From contig AP038806.1 in the NCBI GenBank assembly GCA_047150005.1, forward strand, positions 3,008,001 through 3,072,000: DNA of 64,000 bases, given 5' to 3'. Both the position numbers and the translations under genes were made by a program. The notes beneath the pieces were generated by a model. That model searched no databases, had not been told where the DNA came from, and was given only the letters and a program-made list of their open reading frames with translations. This document shows, in pieces, positions 41,378-50,994 of this stretch (positions are counted from its first letter, which is position 1; each line of letters starts with the position of its first letter). This DNA comes from Nitrospira sp. (GTDB lineage Bacteria; Nitrospirota; Nitrospiria; Nitrospirales; Nitrospiraceae).

Positions 41378-42583
41378 TTGGCGCGTTCACGCTTCTTAGA
41401 ATTCCTTCCTTCCGGTGCCTGCTTCATGACGATCGTTTGCCTTGCCGCGTGGGCAGCCTCGGGCTGCGAGCGCAAGGATGCGGTGTCGGCGCTCGCTCCC
41501 GACGTCCTGGTGACTGAGGTGGTCCGGCGGGACGTGCCGATTTACGCGGAAGGAGTCGGTACGACAGCCGGCACGATCGACGCGCAGATCCGGGCCAAGG
41601 TTCAGGGCTATCTGCTTACGCGCAATTACGTCGAAGGCTCCTTCGTCAGAGCCGGAGAGCTGTTGTTCAAGATCGACGCGCGGCCCTACCAGGCAACCTT
41701 CGATCAGCAGCGGGGCGAACTCGCCAGGGCGGAAGCAGCCTACAAAAAGACGCAAATGGACGTGGCGCGGGACACCCCCCTTGCCAAGCAAGGGGCGGTC
41801 AGCCAGAAGGAATTGGACGATTCCATTCAAGCCAACGAGGCCAACAAGGCCACCGTGTTCGCCGCCAAAGCCAACCTCGAAAAAGCCAAGCTGAACCTGG
41901 ATTGGACCAGCATCGCCTCGCCGGTCGACGGTGTGGCCGGCGTCGCGAGTGCGCAAATCGGCGACCTGATCATGGAGAACACCGTCTTGACCACGGTGTC
42001 TCAGGTGGATCCGATCAAGGTGCTCTTCCCCATCAGCGAAAAAATGTACCTCCGCTTTGCGGAACGCATCCAGAAGGCGGTTGCCAATCCGACCGGAGAT
42101 CAGCGGTCTCCCGCGCCGCTGGAACTCATCCTCGCGGACGGAACCGTCTATGCCCACAAGGGCAAGGCGGCCCTTCCAGATCGGCAGGTCGACGTCAAGA
42201 CCGGAACCATCACGATCGTCAGCTATTTCCCGAATCCCGGCAACGTGCTCCGCCCCGGCCAGTATGCGAAGGTTCGCGCGGTCGTGGAAACGGTCCGGGA
42301 CGCGTTACTGGTGCCGCAGCGCGCGGTTCAGGAACTCCAGGGCATCTACCAAGTGGCGGTCGTCGACGCGGAAAACAAGATTGCCGTCCGGACCGTCAAA
42401 GCGGGAGCCAGGATCGGGAGCCAGTGGGTGATCACGTCCGGTCTGAACCAGGGAGAGCAGGTGGTGGTCGAAGGACTCCAGAAAGTCCGCAGTGGCCTCG
42501 TGGTCTCCCCGAAACCCGTCCCGCCTGAACCGGCTTCCACCGATCCGGACCGGCAGCCCGCGCCGCCGGCCGCCGGTACCTAA
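41378..42583 (+). CDS. RND efflux periplasmic adaptor (MFP)
   Basis: SGC lipobox; IRAKVQGYL, DARPYQA, NPGNVLRPGQY. Start may be 41426. Confidence 0.93.
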   Translation: MARSRFLEFLPSGACFMTIVCLAAWAASGCERKDAVSALAPDVLVTEVVRRDVPIYAEGVGTTAGTIDAQIRAKVQGYLLTRNYVEGSFVRAGELLFKIDARPYQATFDQQRGELARAEAAYKKTQMDVARDTPLAKQGAVSQKELDDSIQANEANKATVFAAKANLEKAKLNLDWTSIASPVDGVAGVASAQIGDLIMENTVLTTVSQVDPIKVLFPISEKMYLRFAERIQKAVANPTGDQRSPAPLELILADGTVYAHKGKAALPDRQVDVKTGTITIVSYFPNPGNVLRPGQYAKVRAVVETVRDALLVPQRAVQELQGIYQVAVVDAENKIAVRTVKAGARIGSQWVITSGLNQGEQVVVEGLQKVRSGLVVSPKPVPPEPASTDPDRQPAPPAAGT

Positions 42584-45500
42584 ATGGTCAGGTTCTTCAT
42601 CCATCGGCCCATCGTGGCCATGGTGATCGCGATCCTCACCGTGCTCGTGGGGATTGTCTCCGTCTTCCGCCTTCCCGTCGCCCAGTTTCCCAACCTGGTC
42701 CCGCCGGAAATTCAAGTCCAGACGACCTATCTGGGCGCCGATGCGCTGTCGGTCGAGCAGGCGGTCGCCACACCGCTGGAACAGCAGATCAACGGCGTGG
42801 ACCACATGCTCTACATGTACTCGACGAGCGCCGGCAGCGGGCAGATGACCCTCCGCGTGGCCTTCGACCTCGATACGGATCCGAACACCGACCAGGTGCT
42901 CACACAGATGCGGCAGACGATCGCCGTGCCGCAGTTGCCGGACGCCGTTCAGCAGTACGGCATCACCAATCCGAAAGCGCTCAGCAGCCCCTTGATGCTG
43001 CTCTCGCTCTATTCCCCGAAGGGCACCTACGACGCGACGTTTCTCGCCAATTACGCCTTCATCAACATCAACGATCCCCTGACGCGCGTGCCGGGGGTCG
43101 GCCAGGTCCAATTGTTCGGCGCGGGCCAGTATGCGATGCGCCTCTGGTTGAAGCCCGACCAGCTGGCCAAGCTCGAACTGACCGTGACGGATCTGGTCAA
43201 CGCCATCAACCAGCAGAATACGGTCAATCCGGCGGGCCAAGTCGGAGCGGAGCCGGTTCCGGCCGGGCAGGAGTTTACCTACACCGTTCGCGCCCAGGGC
43301 CGTCTCGTCACCGAAGAAGAGTTCGGCAACATCGTGGTCCGCGCCAATGAGGACGGGTCGTTCGTCCGGTTGCGCGACGTGGCGCGGGCCGAGCTGGGCG
43401 CCCAGATGTACAACGTGCTGGGCCGATTGGACGGAGCTCCCGCCGCCGTCATTGCCGTGTACCAGCTACCGGGCTCCAACGCGATCGACACGGTCAAGCA
43501 GCTACGGTCGCTCATGGACGAGATGAAGGCGCGGTTTCCGGACGATCTGGACTACGTGGTGTCGCTGGACACGACGCTGGCGGTGACGGAAGGGCTGCAC
43601 GAGATCTTCACGACCTTGTGGGAAGCCATTGTCTTGGTGATCCTGGTGGTGTTTCTGTTTCTGCAGAGCTGGCGGGCGACGTTGATTCCGCTCTTGGCGG
43701 TGCCGGTCTCCCTGATCGGCACGTTTGCGATCTTTCCGCTGCTGGGGTTCTCCATCAACACGCTATCGCTGTTCGGGCTGGTGCTGGCGATCGGCTTGGT
43801 GGTGGACGACGCGATCGTGGTGGTGGAGGCGGTGGAGCACCATATTGAAAAGGGGATGGGGCCGCGGGAGGCGACGCTGAAGGCGATGGAGGAGGTGGCG
43901 GGGCCGGTGGTGGCGATTGCATTGATCCTGGCGGCAGTGTTCGTGCCGACGGCGTTTATTCCGGGGATTACGGGGCGGTTATACCAGCAGTTTGCGGTGA
44001 CGATTGCGGTGTCGGTGCTGTTGTCGGCGGTGAACGCGTTGACGTTGAGTCCGGCGCTGGCGGCGTTGCTATTGAAGCCGAAAGAGCCGATGCGGGGGAT
44101 CGTGGGCCGGTTCTTTGGGTGGTTCAACGGGGCGTTTGCGCGGCTGACGGATCGGTACGTGGGGCTGTGCGGGGGCTTGATGCAGAAGGCGGGGCGGACG
44201 CTGGTGGGGCTGGCGGTGGTCACGGTATTGGCCGGCCTCCTGGGCGCCCGCCTGCCCGGCGGATTTGTCCCTTCCGAAGATCAAGGGTTTTTTTACGTGA
44301 ACGTACAGTTGCCGGAAGCGGCCTCGTTGCAGCGGACGGATCGGGTCTCACGAAAGATCGAGCAGATTCTCCATGATGCGCCGGGCGTGGCCTCCTTTAC
44401 CGTGACGGTCGGCTACAGCTTCTTGAGCCAAGTCAGCACGACTTACAACGCCTACTTCTCAGTCAATCTGAAGCCATGGCACGAACGAAAAAGCCGTGAA
44501 GAGCAATATGAAGCCATCCTGGCGCATGTGAACGGGGAGTTGGCCAAACTTCCCGAGGCGGAAGCCTTCGCGTTTTCCCCGCCGCCGATCCCAGGCATCG
44601 GCACAGCCGGCGGCACGACGATGATGCTCGAAGATCGTGTCGGCCGCGGTGTCGAGTTCCTGGCCGAGCAGACGCAGCGGTTCATCGCTGCGGCGAGGCA
44701 GCGTCCCGAATTCGCGAGCGTGACCACGACCTTGCTCCCGAACGTGCCGCAACTCTTTGCGCGGATCGACCAGGCCAAGGCGTTGAAGCAGGGGGTGCCG
44801 CTCGCCGACATCTATCAGACCCTTCAGGCGTTCATGGGTGGGCCCTTCATCAACTACTTCAACCGGTTTGGGCGGCAATGGCAGGTCTATCTGATGGCGG
44901 AGGGGGAATATCGGGCTCGCGCCGAAAACATCGGCCAGTTCTACGTTCGCAACAATGAAGGCCAGATGGTGCCGCTCTCGACGCTGGTGAATATCCAGCC
45001 GACCGCCGGGCCGGAGTTCACGATCCGGTTCAACGAATATCGGGCGGCGCAGATCAACGCCGTTCCGGCGCCCGGCTACAGTTCCGGGCAGGCCATGCGG
45101 GCGTTGGAGGAGGTGTTTGCCGCGACGATGCCGAGCGAGATGGGCTTCGACTACATGGGGATGTCCTATCAGGAGAAGACGGCGGCCCAAGGCGTCCCGC
45201 CGGGTGTCATCTTCGGGTTCTCACTGCTGTTCGTCTTTCTCATTCTCGCGGCGCAGTACGAAAGCTGGGCCTTGCCGTTCAGCGTGTTGTTGGCCACGCC
45301 GATCTCGGTCTTCGGCGCCTTTGCCGCGCTGTGGATCCGGGGCATCGAAAACGACGTGTATTCGCAGATCGGACTGGTCATGCTGATCGGATTGGGCGCC
45401 AAGAACGCGATCTTGATCGTCGAGTTCGCCAAAATGGAGGTCGAAAACGGACGGTCTCCCTGGGATGCGGCGCTGGCCGGAGCCCGGTTGCGCCTGCGGC

Positions 45501-45754
45501 CGATTCTGATGACCGCCTTCGCGTTCATTCTCGGCGTGATGCCGCTGGCCCTCGCATCGGGCGCGGGAGCGCATTCCAGAATCGTCCTGGGCAGCGCCGT
45601 GATCGGCGGCATGTTGGCGGCGAGCGTGCTGGCGATCTTCTTGATCCCCGTCTCGTTCTACGTGGTCGAACGGTTGGCCGGTGGGAGCCGGCAGCTCACG
45701 ACACCGTCCTCCGTCCAGCCGGTGCCGATCGGCCATGTGCCGGAGCAGACGTGA
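42584..45754 (+). CDS. RND efflux permease (HAE1), copy 1
   Basis: FFI.RPI, GLVVDDAIVVVE, KNAILIVEFA, RLRPILMT. Confidence 0.95.
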   Translation: MVRFFIHRPIVAMVIAILTVLVGIVSVFRLPVAQFPNLVPPEIQVQTTYLGADALSVEQAVATPLEQQINGVDHMLYMYSTSAGSGQMTLRVAFDLDTDPNTDQVLTQMRQTIAVPQLPDAVQQYGITNPKALSSPLMLLSLYSPKGTYDATFLANYAFININDPLTRVPGVGQVQLFGAGQYAMRLWLKPDQLAKLELTVTDLVNAINQQNTVNPAGQVGAEPVPAGQEFTYTVRAQGRLVTEEEFGNIVVRANEDGSFVRLRDVARAELGAQMYNVLGRLDGAPAAVIAVYQLPGSNAIDTVKQLRSLMDEMKARFPDDLDYVVSLDTTLAVTEGLHEIFTTLWEAIVLVILVVFLFLQSWRATLIPLLAVPVSLIGTFAIFPLLGFSINTLSLFGLVLAIGLVVDDAIVVVEAVEHHIEKGMGPREATLKAMEEVAGPVVAIALILAAVFVPTAFIPGITGRLYQQFAVTIAVSVLLSAVNALTLSPALAALLLKPKEPMRGIVGRFFGWFNGAFARLTDRYVGLCGGLMQKAGRTLVGLAVVTVLAGLLGARLPGGFVPSEDQGFFYVNVQLPEAASLQRTDRVSRKIEQILHDAPGVASFTVTVGYSFLSQVSTTYNAYFSVNLKPWHERKSREEQYEAILAHVNGELAKLPEAEAFAFSPPPIPGIGTAGGTTMMLEDRVGRGVEFLAEQTQRFIAAARQRPEFASVTTTLLPNVPQLFARIDQAKALKQGVPLADIYQTLQAFMGGPFINYFNRFGRQWQVYLMAEGEYRARAENIGQFYVRNNEGQMVPLSTLVNIQPTAGPEFTIRFNEYRAAQINAVPAPGYSSGQAMRALEEVFAATMPSEMGFDYMGMSYQEKTAAQGVPPGVIFGFSLLFVFLILAAQYESWALPFSVLLATPISVFGAFAALWIRGIENDVYSQIGLVMLIGLGAKNAILIVEFAKMEVENGRSPWDAALAGARLRLRPILMTAFAFILGVMPLALASGAGAHSRIVLGSAVIGGMLAASVLAIFLIPVSFYVVERLAGGSRQLTTPSSVQPVPIGHVPEQT
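43514..44262 (+). repeat. 749-bp direct repeat, copy 1 (inside permease 1)
   Basis: Matches 46709-47457 by eye; off-frame ORFs in the two copies translate identically. Confidence 0.9.
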
Positions 45755-45775
45755 GCATCTCATAGACCGAGCTCG

Positions 45776-48700
45776 ATGATGACGAGATTCTTCATCAATC
45801 GTCCGATCGTGGCGATCGTGATCTCGATCCTGCTGGTTTTGCTGGGCGGGGTCTCGATCCTCCGGCTTCCGGTGGCGCAGTTCCCGAAAATCGCGCCGCC
45901 TGAAGTGATGTTGCAGGGCACCTACGTCGGCGCCGATGCCATCACGGTCGAACAATCGGTGGCCACGCCGCTCGAGCAGCAGATGAGTGGGGTTGATCGC
46001 ATGCTCTACATGTATTCGATCAACGGCAGTAACGGCCAGACGACCCTCCGGGTGAATTTCGACGTCGCGACGGAACCCAACGTCGACCAGTTGCTGGCCC
46101 ACATGCGTTACGCGCAGGCGGAACCACAGTTGCCGCAGGAAGTCCGCAAGTACGGCGTCACGATCCGCAAATCGTTCGGCATTCCGCTCGTGTTGTTCGC
46201 GCTCCAGTCTCCTAACGGCACCTATGACGCCCGGTTTCTGGCCAACTACGCCTATATCAATCTGTCCGATCCGCTGGCGCGCGATCCCGGCGTCGGGCAG
46301 ATCACGATCTTTGGTGCGGGCCAGTATGCGATGCGGCTCTGGGTGCATCCGGACCAACTGGCCAAACTGGGGGTGACGGTCAAAGACATCTTGCAGGCGT
46401 TGAAGCAGCAAAATGTCGTGACGCCGGTCGGCCAGGTCGGGGCGGAGCCGGTTCCCGGGGGACAGGAATTCACCTATACGGTTCGTACCGAAGGCCGCCT
46501 GGTGACCGAGGAGGAGTTTGCGGGCATCATCATCAGGGCCAACAAGGACGGGTCGTTCGTCCGGCTGCGCGACGTCGGCCGGGCGGAACTCGGCGCGCAG
46601 CTCTATAACTTCGTGTCCCGCTTAAATGGAAAACCGACGGCCGTGATCGCCGTCTATCAGCTGCCCGGGTCCAATGCGATCGACACGGTGAGCCGGCTGA
46701 AGCAGAAGATGGACGAGATGAAGGCGCGGTTTCCGGACGATCTGGACTACGTGGTGTCGCTGGACACGACGCTGGCGGTGACGGAAGGGCTGCACGAGAT
46801 CTTCACGACCTTGTGGGAAGCCATTGTCTTGGTGATCCTGGTGGTGTTTCTGTTTCTGCAGAGCTGGCGGGCGACGTTGATTCCGCTCTTGGCGGTGCCG
46901 GTCTCCCTGATCGGCACGTTTGCGATCTTTCCGCTGCTGGGGTTCTCCATCAACACGCTATCGCTGTTCGGGCTGGTGCTGGCGATCGGCTTGGTGGTGG
47001 ACGACGCGATCGTGGTGGTGGAGGCGGTGGAGCACCATATTGAAAAGGGGATGGGGCCGCGGGAGGCGACGCTGAAGGCGATGGAGGAGGTGGCGGGGCC
47101 GGTGGTGGCGATTGCATTGATCCTGGCGGCAGTGTTCGTGCCGACGGCGTTTATTCCGGGGATTACGGGGCGGTTATACCAGCAGTTTGCGGTGACGATT
47201 GCGGTGTCGGTGCTGTTGTCGGCGGTGAACGCGTTGACGTTGAGTCCGGCGCTGGCGGCGTTGCTATTGAAGCCGAAAGAGCCGATGCGGGGGATCGTGG
47301 GCCGGTTCTTTGGGTGGTTCAACGGGGCGTTTGCGCGGCTGACGGATCGGTACGTGGGGCTGTGCGGGGGCTTGATGCAGAAGGCGGGGCGGACGCTGGT
47401 GGGGCTGGCGGTGGTCACGGTATTGGCCGGCCTCCTGGGCGCCCGCCTGCCCGGCGGGTTCATTCCATTGGAAGATACCGGCTACTTCCTGCTCAATGTC
47501 CAATTGCCCGCCGCCGCGTCTCTTCAACGGACGGATGCCGTGATGAAAAAGGTCGATGCCGTGTTGGCCGAGACGCCCGGCGTCGAATTCTACACGACAG
47601 TGTCGGGCTACGGCGTGCTGAGCCAGACCTTCACCACCTACAATGCCGTCGTGTTCGTGGCGCTGAAACCATGGGAAGACCGGAAAAGCGCCGAGCAACG
47701 CTACCGGGCGATCCTCGTCGGATTGAACAAGCGATTGAGTCAGATGCCCGAGGCCATTGCCTTCGCCTTTCCTCCGCCGGCCATCCCAGGCGTGGGAAAC
47801 TCCGGGGGTGTGACGTTTATCTTGGAGGATCGCTCAGGCGGAACGTTCGAGTTTCTTGCCGCTCAAACCGAACGGTTTCTGGACGTGGCGTCGAAGCGGC
47901 CCGAAATGGCTCGGGTGGTGACGACGCTGATCGCCGGCACGCCGCAATGGTTCGCCGAGGTGGATCGCGACAAGGCGCTTAAACAGGGCGTGGCGCTCCA
48001 AGATGTCTATCAAACGCTGCAGACCTTCATGGGCGGCGCGCTGGTGAACTACTTCAACCGGTTCGGGCGTCTCTGGCAGGTGTATGTGGAAGCGGAGCCG
48101 GAATACCGGACCAAGGCCGAGCAGGTCGGCCAGTTCTACGTGCAGAACAATGCGAAACAGATGGTGCCGCTTTCCACGTTGGTCACAATGAAGCCGATCA
48201 ACGGCCCGGAGTTCACCATGCGGTACAACGAATATCGATCGGCGCAGATCAATGCGATGCCGGCGCCGGGCTACAGCACGAGCGAAGTGATGGCCGCTCT
48301 TGAAGCGATCTTCCACGAAACCATGCCCAAGGAGATGGGTTTCGACTACATGGGCATGTCCTACCAGGAAAAGGTCGCGGCTGAAGGGGTCCCGCCGGCG
48401 GTGATTTTCGGATTCTCGCTGCTGTTCGTCTTTCTCATCCTCGCGGCGCAATACGAGAGTTGGGCGCTACCGGTCAGCGTGCTGCTGGCGACTCCGATCT
48501 CCGTCTTCGGCGCCTTCGGGGCTCTGTGGGCGATCGGCCTGGAAAACGACGTGTACAGCCAGATCGGATTGGTCATGTTGATCGGATTGAGCGCGAAGAA
48601 CGCGATCCTGATCGTCGAGTTTGCCAAGATGGAAGTCGAGAAAGGCCGTCCCATTATCGAGGCGGCACTGGCCGGCGCCCGCCTGAGGCTGCGGCCGATC

Positions 48701-48925
48701 CTCATGACGGCCTTCGCGTTCATCCTCGGTGTTCTGCCGCTCGCGCTGGCGTCCGGCGCCGGCGCCCATGCCAGGGTGATCCTGGGCTTTACCGTATTGG
48801 GCGGCATGCTCGCCGCCAGTCTGCTCGCAATCCTGGTCATTCCAGTCCTGTATTACCTTGTCGAACGGTGGGTCATGGAACGAAAGGCCGGCGGAAGGAC
48901 TGCGGCGCCTGTCACGGCGCCTTAG
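45776..48925 (+). CDS. RND efflux permease (HAE1), copy 2
   Basis: Same motifs as copy 1. Confidence 0.95.
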   Translation: MMTRFFINRPIVAIVISILLVLLGGVSILRLPVAQFPKIAPPEVMLQGTYVGADAITVEQSVATPLEQQMSGVDRMLYMYSINGSNGQTTLRVNFDVATEPNVDQLLAHMRYAQAEPQLPQEVRKYGVTIRKSFGIPLVLFALQSPNGTYDARFLANYAYINLSDPLARDPGVGQITIFGAGQYAMRLWVHPDQLAKLGVTVKDILQALKQQNVVTPVGQVGAEPVPGGQEFTYTVRTEGRLVTEEEFAGIIIRANKDGSFVRLRDVGRAELGAQLYNFVSRLNGKPTAVIAVYQLPGSNAIDTVSRLKQKMDEMKARFPDDLDYVVSLDTTLAVTEGLHEIFTTLWEAIVLVILVVFLFLQSWRATLIPLLAVPVSLIGTFAIFPLLGFSINTLSLFGLVLAIGLVVDDAIVVVEAVEHHIEKGMGPREATLKAMEEVAGPVVAIALILAAVFVPTAFIPGITGRLYQQFAVTIAVSVLLSAVNALTLSPALAALLLKPKEPMRGIVGRFFGWFNGAFARLTDRYVGLCGGLMQKAGRTLVGLAVVTVLAGLLGARLPGGFIPLEDTGYFLLNVQLPAAASLQRTDAVMKKVDAVLAETPGVEFYTTVSGYGVLSQTFTTYNAVVFVALKPWEDRKSAEQRYRAILVGLNKRLSQMPEAIAFAFPPPAIPGVGNSGGVTFILEDRSGGTFEFLAAQTERFLDVASKRPEMARVVTTLIAGTPQWFAEVDRDKALKQGVALQDVYQTLQTFMGGALVNYFNRFGRLWQVYVEAEPEYRTKAEQVGQFYVQNNAKQMVPLSTLVTMKPINGPEFTMRYNEYRSAQINAMPAPGYSTSEVMAALEAIFHETMPKEMGFDYMGMSYQEKVAAEGVPPAVIFGFSLLFVFLILAAQYESWALPVSVLLATPISVFGAFGALWAIGLENDVYSQIGLVMLIGLSAKNAILIVEFAKMEVEKGRPIIEAALAGARLRLRPILMTAFAFILGVLPLALASGAGAHARVILGFTVLGGMLAASLLAILVIPVLYYLVERWVMERKAGGRTAAPVTAP
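46709..47457 (+). repeat. 749-bp direct repeat, copy 2 (inside permease 2)
   Basis: Offset 3195 bp from copy 1. Confidence 0.9.
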
Positions 48926-48949
48926 CCGGCAGGAGAAGGGGGGAAAACG

Positions 48950-50443
48950 ATGTATCGCTGGAGCATACTCCTGTTGCTGGTGACCGTGTCGGCCGGATGC
49001 AAGATGGGGCCGAACTATGCGCGCCCCGACATGCCGTCCGCGGAGTCCTGGAGAGTGGCGCCAGCCGCTTCCGAATCGATCGCCAATTTATCTTGGTGGG
49101 ATCTCCTCAAGGACAAAGAGTTGCAGAATGTGATGCAAATCGCGCTCACGGAAAATCAGGACGTCCGGACCGCGATGGCTTCCGTCGATCAATATCGCGC
49201 CCAGCTCGTCATGACCAAATGGGACCTGGCTCCGTCGCTGTCCTACGGGGCGTCGGCCTTCATGTATCACACGTCCGGAGGAGACGCGACGACGATTCCA
49301 GGCGGCGGCGGCGCGATCGTCCTGCCGAGTCAGGGAGGACAGGACAGCACGACCTTTTCCAATACGGTCGGGTTCGGGAATTTGAAATGGGAACTGGACC
49401 TGTGGGGGCGGCTGCGGCGCGCCGTCGAGGCATCGGAGGCGCAGATGTTCTCCCAGGAGGAGAACCAGCGGGCGGTGATTTTGAATCTCGTCGGCAGCGT
49501 GGGCGAGGCCTATTTCGGGCTGCGGTCATTGGATCTCCAAGTCGATATCACGAAGCGTACGCTCAAGTCGTGGGAAGAATCCGTTCGGCTTTCACAGCTT
49601 CGCTACAAGCAGGGCTACATTCCCAAATTGGATCTCGATCGGTTCGAAGCGGAACGGGCAGGCACCGCGGCGAAACTTGCCGACCTCGAAAAACAGGTCG
49701 TGCAGAAAGAAAACCAGCTCAACGCGCTCATGGGCCGCAAGCCGGCGGCCATCACACGCGGCTTGCCGTTGACGGAGCAGCCCATGCCGCCGGCCGTGCC
49801 GGCCGGTCTGCCGTCGGAATTGTTGCAGCGGCGGCCGGATCTGCAGCAGGCCGAACAGACGCTCGCCGCCGCGACCGCCAACATCGGCGTCGCGCAGGCG
49901 CAGCGGTTTCCGCAGTTCGCGTTGACCGGCGCCGTCGGAGGCGCGAACGCGAATCTCAGCGGGACGTCGATCGGGCCGTTGTTCATTCAAAACGTCGCGG
50001 CGTCGCTGACCGGTCCGCTGCTCAACGCGAGCGCGTTGGGTTATCAGGTGAGCGTCAACGAAATGAAGGCGCGGCAAGCGGCGCTGCAATACGAGAAGGC
50101 CGTCGTGAACGCGTTCAAGGAAGTCGAGGACGCGCTGATCGCCGTGCAAAAAACGCGGGAGCAACGAGAGGCGCAAGAGCAGCAAGTCGCTGCACTGCAA
50201 TCCGCGCTCAAGTTCGCCGATCAGCGCTATCAAGGCGGACGCGCCAGCTACCTCGACGTGCTCACAAGCCAACGAAGTCTGTTCGATGCGGAATTGGCGC
50301 TCGCGCGCACGTTGCAAACACAACTGGTGTCCGTCGTGCAACTCTACGCGGCGCTCGGTGGAGGCTGGTCGGTGACGGAGCATCCTGAGCACAATCTGCC
50401 CGATCCGCGCGTGAGTCAACGCGTCTCGCAAACCACGCATTGA
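48950..50443 (+). CDS. RND outer-membrane factor lipoprotein (NodT/OprM family)
   Basis: AGC lipobox; WELDLWGRLRR, PSELLQRRPD, LYAALGGGW. Confidence 0.95.
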   Translation: MYRWSILLLLVTVSAGCKMGPNYARPDMPSAESWRVAPAASESIANLSWWDLLKDKELQNVMQIALTENQDVRTAMASVDQYRAQLVMTKWDLAPSLSYGASAFMYHTSGGDATTIPGGGGAIVLPSQGGQDSTTFSNTVGFGNLKWELDLWGRLRRAVEASEAQMFSQEENQRAVILNLVGSVGEAYFGLRSLDLQVDITKRTLKSWEESVRLSQLRYKQGYIPKLDLDRFEAERAGTAAKLADLEKQVVQKENQLNALMGRKPAAITRGLPLTEQPMPPAVPAGLPSELLQRRPDLQQAEQTLAAATANIGVAQAQRFPQFALTGAVGGANANLSGTSIGPLFIQNVAASLTGPLLNASALGYQVSVNEMKARQAALQYEKAVVNAFKEVEDALIAVQKTREQREAQEQQVAALQSALKFADQRYQGGRASYLDVLTSQRSLFDAELALARTLQTQLVSVVQLYAALGGGWSVTEHPEHNLPDPRVSQRVSQTTH

Positions 50444-50507
50444 ATGATGTGAAAGAGTCGACTGAAAGCCAAGGGGCGGCCAGACGTACCGAGTCATGAG
50501 GTGATGT

Positions 50508-50915
50508 ATGGTGACGTCGCTCTTGCTTCTGTTCAAGTTTGGATACGATCTCATCAAGCGGTTGGTCCATGATGCCTATTTCAGGGCTCTAGGCAGCGCC
50601 CTCCTCACGATGCTTGTGGTCGGCACACTGTTCTTCTGGTTGGCCGAAGGACAAACCTTGCTGCATGCCCTGGCCTATTCGGCGGCGACGATGGCGATGA
50701 ATTCTCCCTATGGAATCGGTTGGGGTCCCCAGACGACCGGCGGCACTCTCTTTAACATCGTCTATCTCTTCTTTAGCGTTGGGATCTTCCTCCTCTTTGT
50801 TCTCGAAGCAGGGAAGACCATGGTTCAGTCGTACGAAGAGGTCTTCAAGAAGATGGCCGAGCGTAAGGCACTGAAACGTACGGAATCGCAGGCCACCACG
50901 AAAACGATTCCGTGA
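50508..50915 (+). CDS. KcsA/NaK-like 2-TM channel-fold protein with atypical filter
   Basis: GTLFFWLAEG.TLLHAL.YS..T...G...PQTTGG.LF.IVY matches the small K-channel layout, but TVGYGD is absent. Confidence 0.6.
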   Translation: MVTSLLLLFKFGYDLIKRLVHDAYFRALGSALLTMLVVGTLFFWLAEGQTLLHALAYSAATMAMNSPYGIGWGPQTTGGTLFNIVYLFFSVGIFLLFVLEAGKTMVQSYEEVFKKMAERKALKRTESQATTKTIP

Positions 50916-50994
50916 ACAAGAGCCGTCATCTCCTCGCAGCGGTTCTCTTGGGGTCTATGGAACGGGCAGCCACGTTCAAGAATAGGCTCATCCG

